Assembly: GCA_040954595.2 (NCBI GenBank) | Contig: CM082592.2 | Coordinates: 10,378,731 to 10,442,730 of the forward strand | DNA: 64,000 bases | Direction: 5' to 3' | Origin: Balanoglossus misakiensis | Taxonomy: Eukaryota; Animalia; Hemichordata | Shown here: piece after piece, positions 27,701 through 40,300 of the stretch | Numbering within the stretch: position 1 is the first letter of the stretch | How the letters are laid out: each line of letters opens with the position of its first letter | The notes under the pieces: model-generated | Told to the model about the DNA's origin: nothing | The model's database searches: none | Seen by the model: the letters and a program-made list of their open reading frames with translations, nothing else | Position numbers and translations under genes: made by a program

Positions 27701-30700
27701 TGGAAAAAGTCAACTTTGAGAAGGTTGGTTACAGACATTCATTTTGATTTATCAAAGCCACGAAGCAGTTATTGAATGTATCACAGCAATTCTTGATTTT
27801 GAGTTGTGATTCTTTCTGTTCCTTCAGGATGTTGCTCAGCTCCGATGGTTGGATTATGGCCTTGTCAGTGATGTCAGTCTTGAGAACGTCATGGAGATGA
27901 CTGAAGAATACAAACATCTGCCATTTCAGGTAAATTGACATTTTTTGCAAATAATTTTTGCAGCTAGTGATGATCGACACTATGTAGTTTTAAATTTAAT
28001 TGTGTAATTATTGTCATCTCCTAGGCTGTGCGATGTTGTCTGTATGAGGAATTAGACGGTGATATGCCACGAGATGCCCGATGGGAATTTGCTGACAGAA
28101 CTCTCGGTCGACCAATAATCTGTAAAGTAAAAAAACAGGTAACAAATACATTTTGTGTACTTGTGTTTAGAAATCTTTCAATAATAAGTAATACATGTTT
28201 GTAGTGAGTGTTTATCATCAAAATGAATGTTTTGAAAAAAATAGCCATCATTTCATTATAGTTAGTCTATAATAACAATCAGCAATTTGTTTTTGATAGC
28301 TCTCTGGAGAGGCAGTATCGTCGTGGCTGGTAGACGTGGAAATTTCAGATCCTAATCAAAACGACATCATGACGATCATGGAAGAGAAAAGTAAGATGTC
28401 TCTTTGTAAATGCTAAAATCTTTCAGTATAACTACTGAAAGACATAAAAGAGGAATATCATTACCAACAAGTAGAATTTTCCAGTTTGTTTACATAAATG
28501 ATGGCAGTTATTCTGTGAGAAATGAGTGGAAACTTATCATTTTTGTTTGCTTATATTTTTCAGTTCAACAGGCCAAAGATAAACAGGTATGTTAAGTCAT
28601 ATTTTGCTGGGCATGATAATTGAAGTGTGCAACTGTTGTTAAAATCTGAGCGTTCAGAAAAAGATAACACAAAGTAAGCATCACAAATATAGTGACTTTG
28701 TACGTTTGATTTTGTTGTTTTTCTGCAGGACACATTATTGTCCCGAGATTATCGACTGACGCTCAATCCTGAAGCATTCAGTGTCAAGTCATCAGACACA
28801 TCTACTGTGACGACTGCTGTGGAAGAAACTGGAAGCAGAAGACTGCAGGAGAATGAAAGCAAGGAGCGCGTGAAGTCCGAGGCTGAGAATGAACCTGTGA
28901 AGCCTTCAGCACCAATAGATGGTGTCAGTCTGGAAGGAAGTGCAGTTCAGAAGGTGGATGAGGCTCTAACTTTGAATGCCAAGGCTGATGAGAATGGATC
29001 CATTGGATTGACTGGTCAGAAGATGATGGCAAATGGTACGACCCCTGCAAGCGTAGACGAAATCCCAGAGGTCATTAGCCTGATGGAAGATCACGGAGTA
29101 ACAGACGCTGGATGCAAAGAGGCAACTTGTATTCAGTTTGAGGAATGGTCCTGCCGAAAAATAACACCCAGGGAAGTTGAAAGAGATGGGCAAATGTCGC
29201 ATGAAGTCATGGGTCAGAACGGGTTTTCAGACAGCGTGATCCTCGTAAAAGAGATCCAAACTGATGTTCCAGTGGACCAGGAGGGAGGTGACGAAGGAGA
29301 AGAAGGTGGGTTCCTGACAGAAGAGTCATTTAATGATGATATTCGTGATAACGCTTGCCGTGAGCCAAGACCAGAAAAAAGTCAAGGGAATGGAGTAGCT
29401 GTTGAAGTCAAACTCGGGAATGAAGCAGACGATTCTGTCATTCCCGTGGAACCAAACAACCTTGATCAAGAAGTCAACACTGTGGATGAAAGTATTGGTC
29501 ACACCGCTGGAGATGAGGTCTGCCACGCAGCTGGCAATGAAGATGTACTGATGGCTGAAATAAAAGAAAGGGCACCGGATGATGTCAACCTTGCTTGCCA
29601 AATTGTCAGTAAGATCGTTCGTGAAGCTGCTACAACCCAAGCCATATGTCCACCCAATGCTGATTCAGAAGATGCAGCAGTTTTGGAAGAGGTTGTTACT
29701 GGTGGTGAGATCATTGAAGTTCGAGTAGAGGAGAGCGGCAATTCTGATATTGCAGTAAAGATCACAGTTGATGCAGAGACTGTCGACCAATCACCTTCTC
29801 AGGATGTTGGTCATATGGGTAAGGTACATGTATCAGCAAGTTCCAAACCTCAAAAGTTTGAGCACGACAACGTAGAAAGTGAAAACGCCAAGACATCCAC
29901 TCCCAGTCAGGCAGCTACTGAGACAGAGTACATCAGAGTCCTGGGGAACAGAGACGAACAACTTTCATCAAACACCAATCTGGAGACGCACGCAGTAAAA
30001 GAAAAAGCTTTTGAAGTGTCTTCAGATTTCAAAGTCCCCTTGCAACCTTCTCGTGAAGATAGTAGCAGGGATTTTGAGGTGATGCAAACTGGAGCGAGGG
30101 AAACACAGCCACCTGGAGCCACTTTGGAAAGTGATAATTTAGAAGAACAGAATGCAGCAGTGTCCGTTGGAGAACAAAGAAGTCAACAGAAATATGCAAG
30201 TCCTTCGAAAGCTCAGACCATGCCATTTATTCCTCAAATGGGTGATGTCAGCCAAAGAATGATGGAGGAAAATTATATGATTCCAAATGAACCCAGGATG
30301 AGGCAGCCTGTCATGCCATCCAGAAGTAAGTTACCATACATGGGGGATTCAGTCAGTTCACCATTTGGACCCGCAGAACATGTACTATTTTAATTTGAGT
30401 GTAAATGAAGTAATCATTGACCTCCAACTGAGCTATGGACACAAACCTTAAATTACAGTCAGTTATTATTTTAACATTTTATTCCTATTCTGTCACAGTT
30501 CCAGTCTCACCATCACAATATGAACCTGTCGTTGTAATGGATGCATATGTAGGATCTGAATTGACCAGTGCAGGAATGTTATGGATCCGTAAAATCAGAA
30601 GTAATGAAGAAGAAAATCAGTTTCAGATCATGTCCATGAATTTGATGAGGTGAGTTTTTTTCTCAGAGAAATCAGTTCATTTCTTAAAAAAGAGGATTTG

Positions 30701-33572
30701 TTCCTTTAGTAGGTAGTGCTTGTTAATACATGTACATTGTAATATAGATTATAACTATCTAAGCATTTATGATTTTTATGCCATGATTTCCCCCTAGAGA
30801 CATACCCAAACAACCTCACTGTGTAATTCATTACTACAAGATGGTTGCAGCTTATTCAGAAAACGCCAAAATGTGGTTCCGAGCCAGAGTTGAAAAACAC
30901 GACGAGAAGAAGGTAAACTATACATTTGTGTGACCAAGCATTTTCCAGCTATCTAAACATACTGGTACTAAGTAATCTAAGGTACATGTAGTCTGCCAAT
31001 GTAACATACATGGACCCGATTGTCTTTCAGGTACTGGTTCGTTGCATAGATTATGGACATTCTTTGTGGGTGCAATCTAGTGATATTCGAGACCTGCCAT
31101 TGGAATATCAAACCCTCAAACCACAGGTGAGATCAAATATTCCTTAGTTGCGTGTCGGCAATCTAATGCCATGTCCTTCACGGTGTGAGAGTCTATTATC
31201 CTTTGACTCCTGCAGGGTGAGTCAAAATCATTCTGTGTATGATGATAACCCCTATAGTAAAAAATGTATTTCTCTGACTTTAATTTCACTAGGCTAATGA
31301 ATGTTCCCTGAAGAGTTTTCCAAATCAGGAGTTCTCGGACCGAGCCAAGCATGTCTTCAAAACTTTGACCAGCGACAAGATATTGGTGGCAATCAGTCCA
31401 TTACGTGTAAGTTTTTATGAGCTTGTGTGCAGGAAATTTTTGTGATGTCGACATGTCGCAGTGTAATATTTTTTAAACACATAATCTTCTCGGACAAAAA
31501 ATGTCTCTTTGATGAATGCTTCCAAGGAATTTGAATTTCATTTTTCATATATTACATTTACCAGTAATGATATGGGGCTATTCTAAAGAACTGCACGATG
31601 TGTATTTTGAAGTGTTTCACCGATGGTCAATGATAATGTTCTTTCTAAACCTTGTAGCGTTGGTCTGTACAGGAAAGCACTAGATACTTGTGGTTAAAAG
31701 ATCCAACTACTAACATTTGGGTTAATGAGGAACTTTTCAAGATTGGTAAGTACAATACTTTGCCTCTGGTTTCTGTATATTTGAAGGGACATACGTGTAT
31801 TGTAATTTTTTTAATGGGAAATAATATTTTTCAGTGCCTACTTTTTCACTTTACACCAGTTTGTGTTTCAGGTTTATTGGTAATGATTTGCATGTTTTTG
31901 GTGCATCAGCTTTGGTTTTTGCATGGTTTACTATATTTACACTTGATTGAAATTGGTAAATACTTCATGTGCCATTCATAATTACATTGTATATACACCC
32001 TCTGATATCGCGCTTTTTCCACCAGATTATTTTGATCACCTCGGCTCAATTGACCATGTGCCTCTTCAGCCACCATCCAACTGTATTGCTGTCGGAAGTT
32101 TCTTTGACGGATCTTCCACTATACACCCAAACCCACCATCTCATCAGATCTTCTCCCCATCTCTGCATCAACCTGCCAAATCACATGCCGCATACCAACA
32201 CCCGGAGGCTTCCAGATATTATCCAGAGAAGCATCACAGTGATTTGTATCCGAGCCCTGCATCTCCTCATCAAAGCCATCAGGGACCACCTCAGAGCCAT
32301 CATGCTACAATACCACCAAGACCGACACAAGCCACCAATACCTTGCCCGGAATGAGCTGTTTCTCTCTGCCCAGCAAATTCAGCATGGCAGTGCCGGGTG
32401 CTGCAGGTAATGCTCACCCTATGAGAGCTGCAAGGTCGGTGGAGAATATTGTTACAGCTGAGAGTGAAGAACTTCTGCCAAATGAACCACCATTCAAAGA
32501 AGGTAAATGTGAAATATTGTGTAATGGCTGTTGACATCAGTATGCTGCTGAAACGTCTTGAGCTTTGTGGAAATTTGGCGGTATGGACAAGTAAAATGGA
32601 AATTGTTTTGATTAAAAGTGGCAAGTATGATACTTGGGACATTATTGAAGGTTGGGCCTTCTGTATACAGCTGGCAAAAGGTTAAGAGATTTGTATCATA
32701 GAATAACAGCAAACTCTGGCTACATATACTTTCTGCCAAGAAAAATAAAAAGGTACTGACAATCCTTGCAAACGACAATTTCTTATTCAGAGTCGACTGA
32801 AAATCCTGGAGCTGTTGTCATGGTGAAGAAGGAAGCAGATCAGCCTCCACTCCAAGAGTCTGTGTTCTCATTCGATGATGATGCCTGGGTCGAAGGTCGC
32901 AATCCAATCACTGATTCGCCCCTCTCTCCAGAAACCAATAGAAAACAACAGCGTCATGACCAACTTGGGTGAGTTTCACTAGTCCTGTAAACCATAGCAT
33001 CATCATTACTTAACTAGGTAAATTTTGTCAAAAAGAGCTCTGGGTTCATTGAGTTCTTGTTTCTTTTTCTTCTTGTTATACTATTTATATCTCCCATAGA
33101 GATGACCTCTCATCTTCTGACAAATTTGGTGGAAGTTCTCACAGTATGGACAGTGGGTTAGACATGCGACGTGCTTGCTATTCGTGTGGGCAGCTTGGAC
33201 ACAAGAGGGCAGATTGCATGAATGTCCCCAAGAAAGGAAAGGTCTGTTTCCACTTACCACTCTTGCAGAGTTTGTGTGTTTGTCTGTATCTGTGCTATAT
33301 ACCCGTCATGTCAGTTTCCATCCAAAGAGCTGCGGTTACGCACACAAAAATTATCTCTTCTTTCCTGTATAAATACCCCTGACCAATAATAGAATCACAC
33401 ACTAAACTTTATATTTGAGGGCACGAATTTTAGGCTTTCATTGATGGTGTCATTTTACTGATAGTCAATTTTTATGTTCATTTTAATGTCAGTGTTAACC
33501 ATCTTGTTTCATGATTTTTTTATCAAGGTGCGTCAACAAAGCCGTAGGACACACAGACCAAGACATAAATAG
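24787..33572 (+). CDS. B-box / coiled-coil / 2x extended-Tudor / CCHC zinc-knuckle protein (~1405 aa, 22 exons); TDRD/RNF17-like family, orthology unresolved
   Basis: All introns GT-AG and phase-consistent. Exons: 24787-24859, 24954-25048, 25968-26008, 26377-26548, 26762-26842, 26967-27132, 27340-27463, 27591-27723, 27828-27929, 28025-28138, 28300-28390, 28564-28586, 28729-30325, 30499-30649, 30798-30912, 31031-31126, 31293-31406, 31658-31745, 32026-32502, 32791-32968, 33100-33241, 33528-33572 (total 4218 nt). Motifs: B-box CFRC..CESC..LCETCSADIH..H; Tudor 1 CFGLFDQDCSWFRA..WLDYG..LPFQAVRCCL; Tudor 2 VAAYSENAKMWFRA..CIDYG..LKPQANECSL; knuckle CYSCGQLGHKRADC. Confidence 0.85.
25100..25906. mobile_element. 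PIF/Harbinger-type MITE (807 bp) in intron 2 of the Tudor gene
   Basis: TIRs GGCTGCATTCACAAACACCTCTGGAGGGGGG and CCCCCCTCCAGAGGTGTTTGTGAATGCAGCC. TTA duplication at 25097-25099 and 25907-25909; a 3-bp TWA TSD is the PIF/Harbinger hallmark. An internal GGGGGTGGG..GGGAGGGGGTGTCCCC block occurs twice (~25435 and ~25667). Confidence 0.88.
28729..30325 (+). CDS. Large 1597-nt exon encoding an acidic low-complexity linker of the Tudor protein
   Basis: Coincides with the 551-aa track ORF 28738-30393. It has a CAG acceptor ending at 28728 and a GTAAGT donor at 30326, is E/D/S/V-rich and shows no domain motif. Confidence 0.85.
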
Positions 33573-34148
33573 CAAACATGGTGCGGGAGGCAGCTGTACA
33601 AATTGTTCATCAAAAATTTTGACAGCTGGGAGTGCAAGGTCAAAATGTCATGCTTTTCTTCAATTATATTAGGTTTAATTCTACCATAAGATTTGTTAGA
33701 ATATGGCTTATCATAGCCAATTTGTTTCTTGGTGCTAGGTTTTGCTGATATGCTGAGAGAATTTTCTTTTTTTGCAACCATTCAGGTGGAAACAGTAGAA
33801 ACAGAATTCTTTAATCAACCTGTAGTCAGACATCCAACCAACTTGTCACAGTTTAACACTACAAATGTTGCAGCAAATTTCACGTTTGTTTTTGATTAAG
33901 ACATGTTTGTTTAGAAACCTCTGAAACAGGTAAGAAAAGAGAAAGTTCATGTGCATTTGTATACGTTTCCAACATGTATGTTCAACAGTTGAACAAGTTT
34001 GATATGTCAATGTGAAATATGCAAGTTTAATTTTGGAGCTGTAGTGTGTTTACCTGTAATTTCTAGAAACTGGTCAGAAGTTTAACAAGCACATGAATGT
34101 TTATGCAAGTTGAGTTTTGGATAGATTTGTTTGTCATATAGTTTGTTT

Positions 34149-34154
34149 ATTAAA
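34149..34154 (+). terminator. Putative poly(A) signal of the Tudor gene
   Basis: ATTAAA followed about 25 nt later by a GT-rich tract (tttgttggtgtttt), roughly 580 bp after the stop codon. Confidence 0.45.
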
Positions 34155-34309
34155 GCACTGGTTAAAATCAATCATAATTTGTTGGTGTTTTCATAGAGGT
34201 GAATATGCGATCAGGCGTGTGTGTGTTTAATGAGCTGATTCAACATTCCATATCTGATGTGGTACTGCCTAGGGTTTTAAAAGGTAACCTGTAAGAACTA
34301 CTGTATATT

Positions 34310-37300
34310 CATGAAAATCATCATTTCTCGACTTTCTGAATCTTGATATTTTGGGCCTTTTTGAACATTTTTCTTGGGTTATACATCATGGATTTTTTTA
34401 GAAAAATCACCATTTCTCAACTTTCTGAATTTTGATATTTTGGGCCTTTTTGAACATTTTTCATGGGTTATACATCATGAATTTTTTCAAAAAATCACCA
34501 ATTCTCGACTTTCTGAATTTTGATATTTTGGGCCTTTTTGAACATTTTTCAAGGGTTATCAAAAAATGACGATTTTTCGACTTTCCGAAATTTCAAAATT
34601 TCTTCGATTTTTGATAAAAACCATGCGTTATAGCTCATGAAAATCATCAGAAAATGACGATTTTTCGAGTTCTCGAAATTTCAAAATTTCTTCGATTTTT
34701 GATAAAAACCATGGGTTATAGCTCATGAAAATCATCAGAAAATGACGATTTTTCGACTTCCCGAAATTTCAAAATTTGGTGATTTTTTGAAAAAACCATG
34801 GGTTATAGCTCAGGAAAATGTTGAAAAATCGACGATTTTTCGACTTTGCGAATTTTCAAAATTTGGTGATTTTTTGAAAAAAACCATGGGTTATAGCTCA
34901 GGAAAATGTTGAAAAATCGACGATTTTTCGACTTTGCGAATTTTCAAAATTTGGTGATTTTTTTGAAAAAACCATGGGTTATAGCTCAGGAAAATGTTGA
35001 AAAATCGAAGATTTTTCGACTTTTCGACTTTTCAAAATTTGGTGATTTTTTGAAAAAAACCATGGGTTATAGCTCAGGAAAATGTTGAAAAATCGACGAT
35101 TTTTCGACTTTTCAAAATTTGGTGATTTTTTGAAAAAAACATGGGTTATAGCTCAGGAAAATGTTGAAAAATCGACGATTTTTCGACTTTTCGAATTTTC
35201 AAAATTTGGTGATTTTTTGAAAAAACCATGGGTTATAGCTCAGGAAAATGTTGAAAAATCGACGATTTTTCGAATTTTCGAATTTTCAAAATTTGGTGAT
35301 TTTTTGAAAAAACCATGGGTTATAGCTCAGGAAAATGTTGAAAAATCGACGATTTTTCGACTTTTCGAATTTTCAAAATTTGGTGATTTTTTTGAAAAAA
35401 CCATGGGTTATAGCTCAGGAAAATGTTGAAAAATCGACCATTTTTCGACTTTTCGACTTTTCAAAATTTGGTGATTTTTTTGAAAAAACCATGGGTTATA
35501 GCTCAGGAAAATGTTGAAAAATCGACCATTTTTCGACTTTTCGACTTTTCAAAATTTGGTGATTTTTTGAAAAAACCATGGGTTATAGCTCAGGAAAATG
35601 TTGAAAAATCGACGATTTTTCGACTTTTCGAATTTTCAAAATTTGGTGATTTTTTTGAAAAAACCATGGGTTATAGCTCAGGAAAATGTTGAAAAATCGA
35701 CGATTTTTCGACTTTTCGACTTTTCAAAATTTGGTGATTTTTTGAAAAAACCATGGGTTATAGCTCAGGAAAATGTTGAAAAATCGACCATTTTTCGACT
35801 TTTCGAATTTTCAAAATTTGGTGATTTTTTGAAAAAACCATGGGTTATAGCTCAGGAAAATGTTGAAAAATCGACGATTTTTCGACTTTTCGAATTTTCA
35901 AAATTTGGTGATTTTTTGAAAAAACCATGGGTTATAGCTCAGGAAAATGTTGAAAAATCGACCATTTTTCGACTTTTCGACTTTTCAAAATTTGGTGATT
36001 TTTTGAAAAAACCATGGGTTATAGCTCAGGAAAATGTTGAAAAATCGACCATTTTTCGACTTTTCGAATTTTCAAAATTTGGTGATTTTTTTGAAAAAAC
36101 CATGGGTTATAGCTCAGGAAAATATTGAAAAATCGACGATTTTTCGACTTTTCGAATTTTCAAAATTTGGTGATTTTTTGAAAAAACCATGGGTTATAGC
36201 TCAGGAAAATGTTGAAAAATCGACGATTTTTCGACTTTTCGAATTTTCAAAATTTGGTGATTTTTTGAAAAAACCATGGGTTATAGCTCAGGAAAATGTT
36301 GAAAAATCGACGATTTTTCGACTTTTCGAATTTTCAAAATTTGGTGATTTTTTGAAAAAACCATGGGTTATAGCTCAGGAAAATGTTGAAAAATCGACGA
36401 TTTTTCGACTTTTCGAATTTTCAAAATTTGGTGATTTTTTGAAAAAACCATGGGTTATAGCTCAGGAAAATGTTGAAAAATCGACGATTTTTCGACTTTT
36501 CGAATTTTCAAAATTTGGTGATTTTTTGAAAAAACCATGGGTTATAGCTCAGGAAAATGTTGAAAAATCGACGATTTTTCGACTTTTCGAATTTTCAAAA
36601 TTTGGTGATTTTTTGAAAAAACCATGGGTTATAGCTCAGGAAAATGTTGAAAAATCGACGATTTTTCGACTTTTCGAATTTTCAAAATTTGGTGATTTTT
36701 TGAAAAAACCATGGGTTATAGCTCAGGAAAATGTTGAAAAATCGACGATTTTTCGACTTTTCGAATTTTCAAAATTTGGTGATTTTTTGAAAAAACCATG
36801 GGTTATAGCTCAGGAAAATGTTGAAAAATCGACGATTTTTCGACTTTTCGAATTTTCAAAGTTTGGTGATTTTTTGAAAAAAACCATGGGTTATAGCTCA
36901 GGAAAATGTTGAAAAATCGACGATTTTTCGACTTTTCGAATTTTCAAAATTTGGTGATTTTTTGAAAAAACCATGGGTTATAGCTCAGGAAAATGTTGAA
37001 AAATCGACGATTTTTCGACTTTTCGAATTTTCAAAATTTGGTGATTTTTTGAAAAAACCATGGGTTATAGCTCAGGAAAATGTTGAAAAATCGGCCATTT
37101 TTCGACTTTTCGACTTTTCAAAATTTGGTGATTTTTTGAAAAAACCATGGGTTATAGCTCAGGAAAATGTTGAAAAATCGACGATTTTTCGACTTTTCGA
37201 ATTTTCAAAATTTGGTGATTTTTTGAAAAAACCATGGGTTATAGCTCAGGAAAATGTTGAAAAATCGACGATTTTTCGACTTTTCGAATTTTCAAAATTT

Positions 37301-40300
37301 GGTGATTTTTTGAAAAAACCATGGGTTATAGCTCAGGAAAATGTTGAAAAATCGACCATTTTTCGACTTTTCGAATTTTCAAAATTTGGTGATTTTTTGA
37401 AAAAACCATGGGTTATAGCTCAGGAAAATGTTGAAAAATCGACCATTTTTCGACTTTTCGAATTTTCAAAATTTAGTGATTTTTTTGAAAAAACCATGGG
37501 TTATAGCTCAGGAAAATATTGAAAAATCGACGATTTTTCGACTTTTCGAATTTTCAAAATTTGGTGATTTTTTGAAAAAACCATGGGTTATAGCTCAGGA
37601 AAATGTTGAAAAATCGACGATTTTTCGACTTTTCGAATTTTCAAAATTTGGTGATTTTTTGAAAAAACCATGGGTTATAGCTCAGGAAAATGTTGAAAAA
37701 TCGATGATTTTTCGACTTTTCGAATTTTCAAAATTTGGTGATTTTTTGAAAAAACCATGGGTTATAGCTCAGGAAAATGTTGAAAAATCGACGATTTTTC
37801 GACTTTTCGAATTTTCAAAATTTGGTGATTTTTTGAAAAAACCATGGGTTATAGCTCAGGAAAATGTTGAAAAATCGACGATTTTTCGACTTTTCGAATT
37901 TTCAAAATTTGGTGATTTTTTGAAAAAACCATGGGTTATAGCTCAGGAAAATGTTGAAAAATCGACGATTTTTCGACTTTTCGAATTTTCAAAATTTGGT
38001 GATTTTTTGAAAAAACCATGGGTTATAGCTCAGGAAAATGTTGAAAAATCGACGATTTTTCGACTTTTCGAATTTTCAAAATTTGGTGATTTTTTGAAAA
38101 AACCATGGGTTATAGCTCAGGAAAATGTTGAAAAATCGACGATTTTTCGACTTTTCGAATTTTCAAAGTTTGGTGATTTTTTGAAAAAAACCATGGGTTA
38201 TAGCTCAGGAAAATGTTGAAAAATCGACGATTTTTCGACTTTTCGAATTTTCAAAATTTGGTGATTTTTTGAAAAAACCATGGGTTATAGCTCAGGAAAA
38301 TGTTGAAAAATCGACGATTTTTCGACTTTTCGAATTTTCAAAATTTGGTGATTTTTTGAAAAAACCATGGGTTATAGCTCAGGAAAATGTTGAAAAATCG
38401 ACCATTTTTCGACTTTTCGACTTTTCAAAATTTGGTGATTTTTTGAAAAAACCATGGGTTATAGCTCAGGAAAATGTTGAAAAATCGACGATTTTTCGAC
38501 TTTTCGAATTTTCAAAATTTGGTGATTTTTTTGAAAAAACCATGGGTTATAGCTCAGGAAAATGTTGAAAAATCGACGATTTTTCGACTTTTCGAATTTT
38601 CAAAATTTGGTGATTTTTTTGAAAAAACCATGGGTTATAGCTCAGGAAAATGTTGAAAAATCGACCATTTTTCGACTTTTCGAATTTTCAAAATTTGGTG
38701 ATTTTTTTGAAAAAACCATGGGTTATAGCTCAGGAAAATGTTGAAAAATCGACGATTTTTCGACTTTTCGAATTTTCAAAATTTGGTGATTTTTTGAAAA
38801 AACCATGGGTTATAGCTCAGGAAAATGTTGAAAAATCGACGATTTTTCGACTTTTCGAATTTTCAAAATTTGGTGATTTTTTGAAAAAACCATGGGTTAT
38901 AGCTCAGGAAAATGTTGAAAAATCGACGATTTTTCGACTTTTCGAATTTTCAAAATTTGGTGATTTTTTGAAAAAACCATGGGTTATAGCTCAGGAAAAT
39001 GTTGAAAAATCGACGATTTTTCGACTTTTCGAATTTTCAAAATTTGGTGATTTTTTGAAAAAACCATGGGTTATAGCTCAGGAAAATGTTGAAAAATCGA
39101 CGATTTTTCGACTTTTCGAATTTTCAAAATTTGGTGATTTTTTGAAAAAACCATGGGTTATAGCTCAGGAAAATGTTGAAAAATCGACGATTTTTCGACT
39201 TTTCGAATTTTCAAAATTTGGTGATTTTTTGAAAAAACCATGGGTTATAGCTCAGGAAAATGTTGAAAAATCGACGATTTTTCGACTTTTCGAATTTTCA
39301 AAGTTTGGTGATTTTTTGAAAAAAACCATGGGTTATAGCTCAGGAAAATGTTGAAAAATCGACGATTTTTCGACTTTTCGAATTTTCAAAATTTGGTGAT
39401 TTTTTGAAAAAACCATGGGTTATAGCTCAGGAAAATGTTGAAAAATCGACGATTTTTCGACTTTTCGAATTTTCAAAATTTGGTGATTTTTTGAAAAAAC
39501 CATGGGTTATAGCTCAGGAAAATGTTGAAAAATCGACGATTTTTCGACTTTTCGAATTTTCAAAATTTGGTGATTTTTTGAAAAAACCATGGGTTATAGC
39601 TCAGGAAAATGTTGAAAAATCGACGATTTTTCGACTTTTCGAATTTTCAAAATTTGGTGATTTTTTGAAAAAACCATGGGTTATAGCTCAGGAAAATGTT
39701 GAAAAATCGACGATTTTTCGACTTTTCGAATTTTCAAAATTTGGTGATTTTTTGAAAAAACCATGGGTTATAGCTCAGGAAAATGTTGAAAAATCGACCA
39801 TTTTTCGACTTTTCGAATTTTCAAAATTTGGTGATTTTTTGAAAAAACCATGGGTTATAGCTCAGGAAAATGTTGAAAAATCGACCATTTTTCGACTTTT
39901 CGAATTTTCAAAATTTGGTGATTTTTTTGAAAAAACCATGGGTTATAGCTCAGGAAAATATTGAAAAATCGACGATTTTTCGACTTTTCGAATTTTCAAA
40001 ATTTGGTGATTTTTTGAAAAAACCATGGGTTATAGCTCAGGAAAATGTTGAAAAATCGACGATTTTTCGACTTTTCGAATTTTCAAAATTTGGTGATTTT
40101 TTGAAAAAACCATGGGTTATAGCTCAGGAAAATGTTGAAAAATCGATGATTTTTCGACTTTTCGAATTTTCAAAATTTGGTGATTTTTTGAAAAAACCAT
40201 GGGTTATAGCTCAGGAAAATGTTGAAAAATCGACGATTTTTCGACTTTTCGAATTTTCAAAATTTGGTGATTTTTTGAAAAAACCATGGGTTATAGCTCA

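Noticed and set aside
30326-30393. Extension of the 551-aa ORF to a stop as a stand-alone single-exon gene
   Set aside because: A consensus GTAAGT donor at 30326 joins in phase to the second Tudor module, and the ORF start is an internal TTG of a spliced exon.
31158-31222. Intronic stretch reading AI*CHVLHGV followed by GTGAGT, resembling a decayed duplicate of a post-Tudor exon
   Set aside because: It has an in-frame stop, the spacing is off by one residue and there is no suitable acceptor. The real exon 31293-31406 already supplies the motif.
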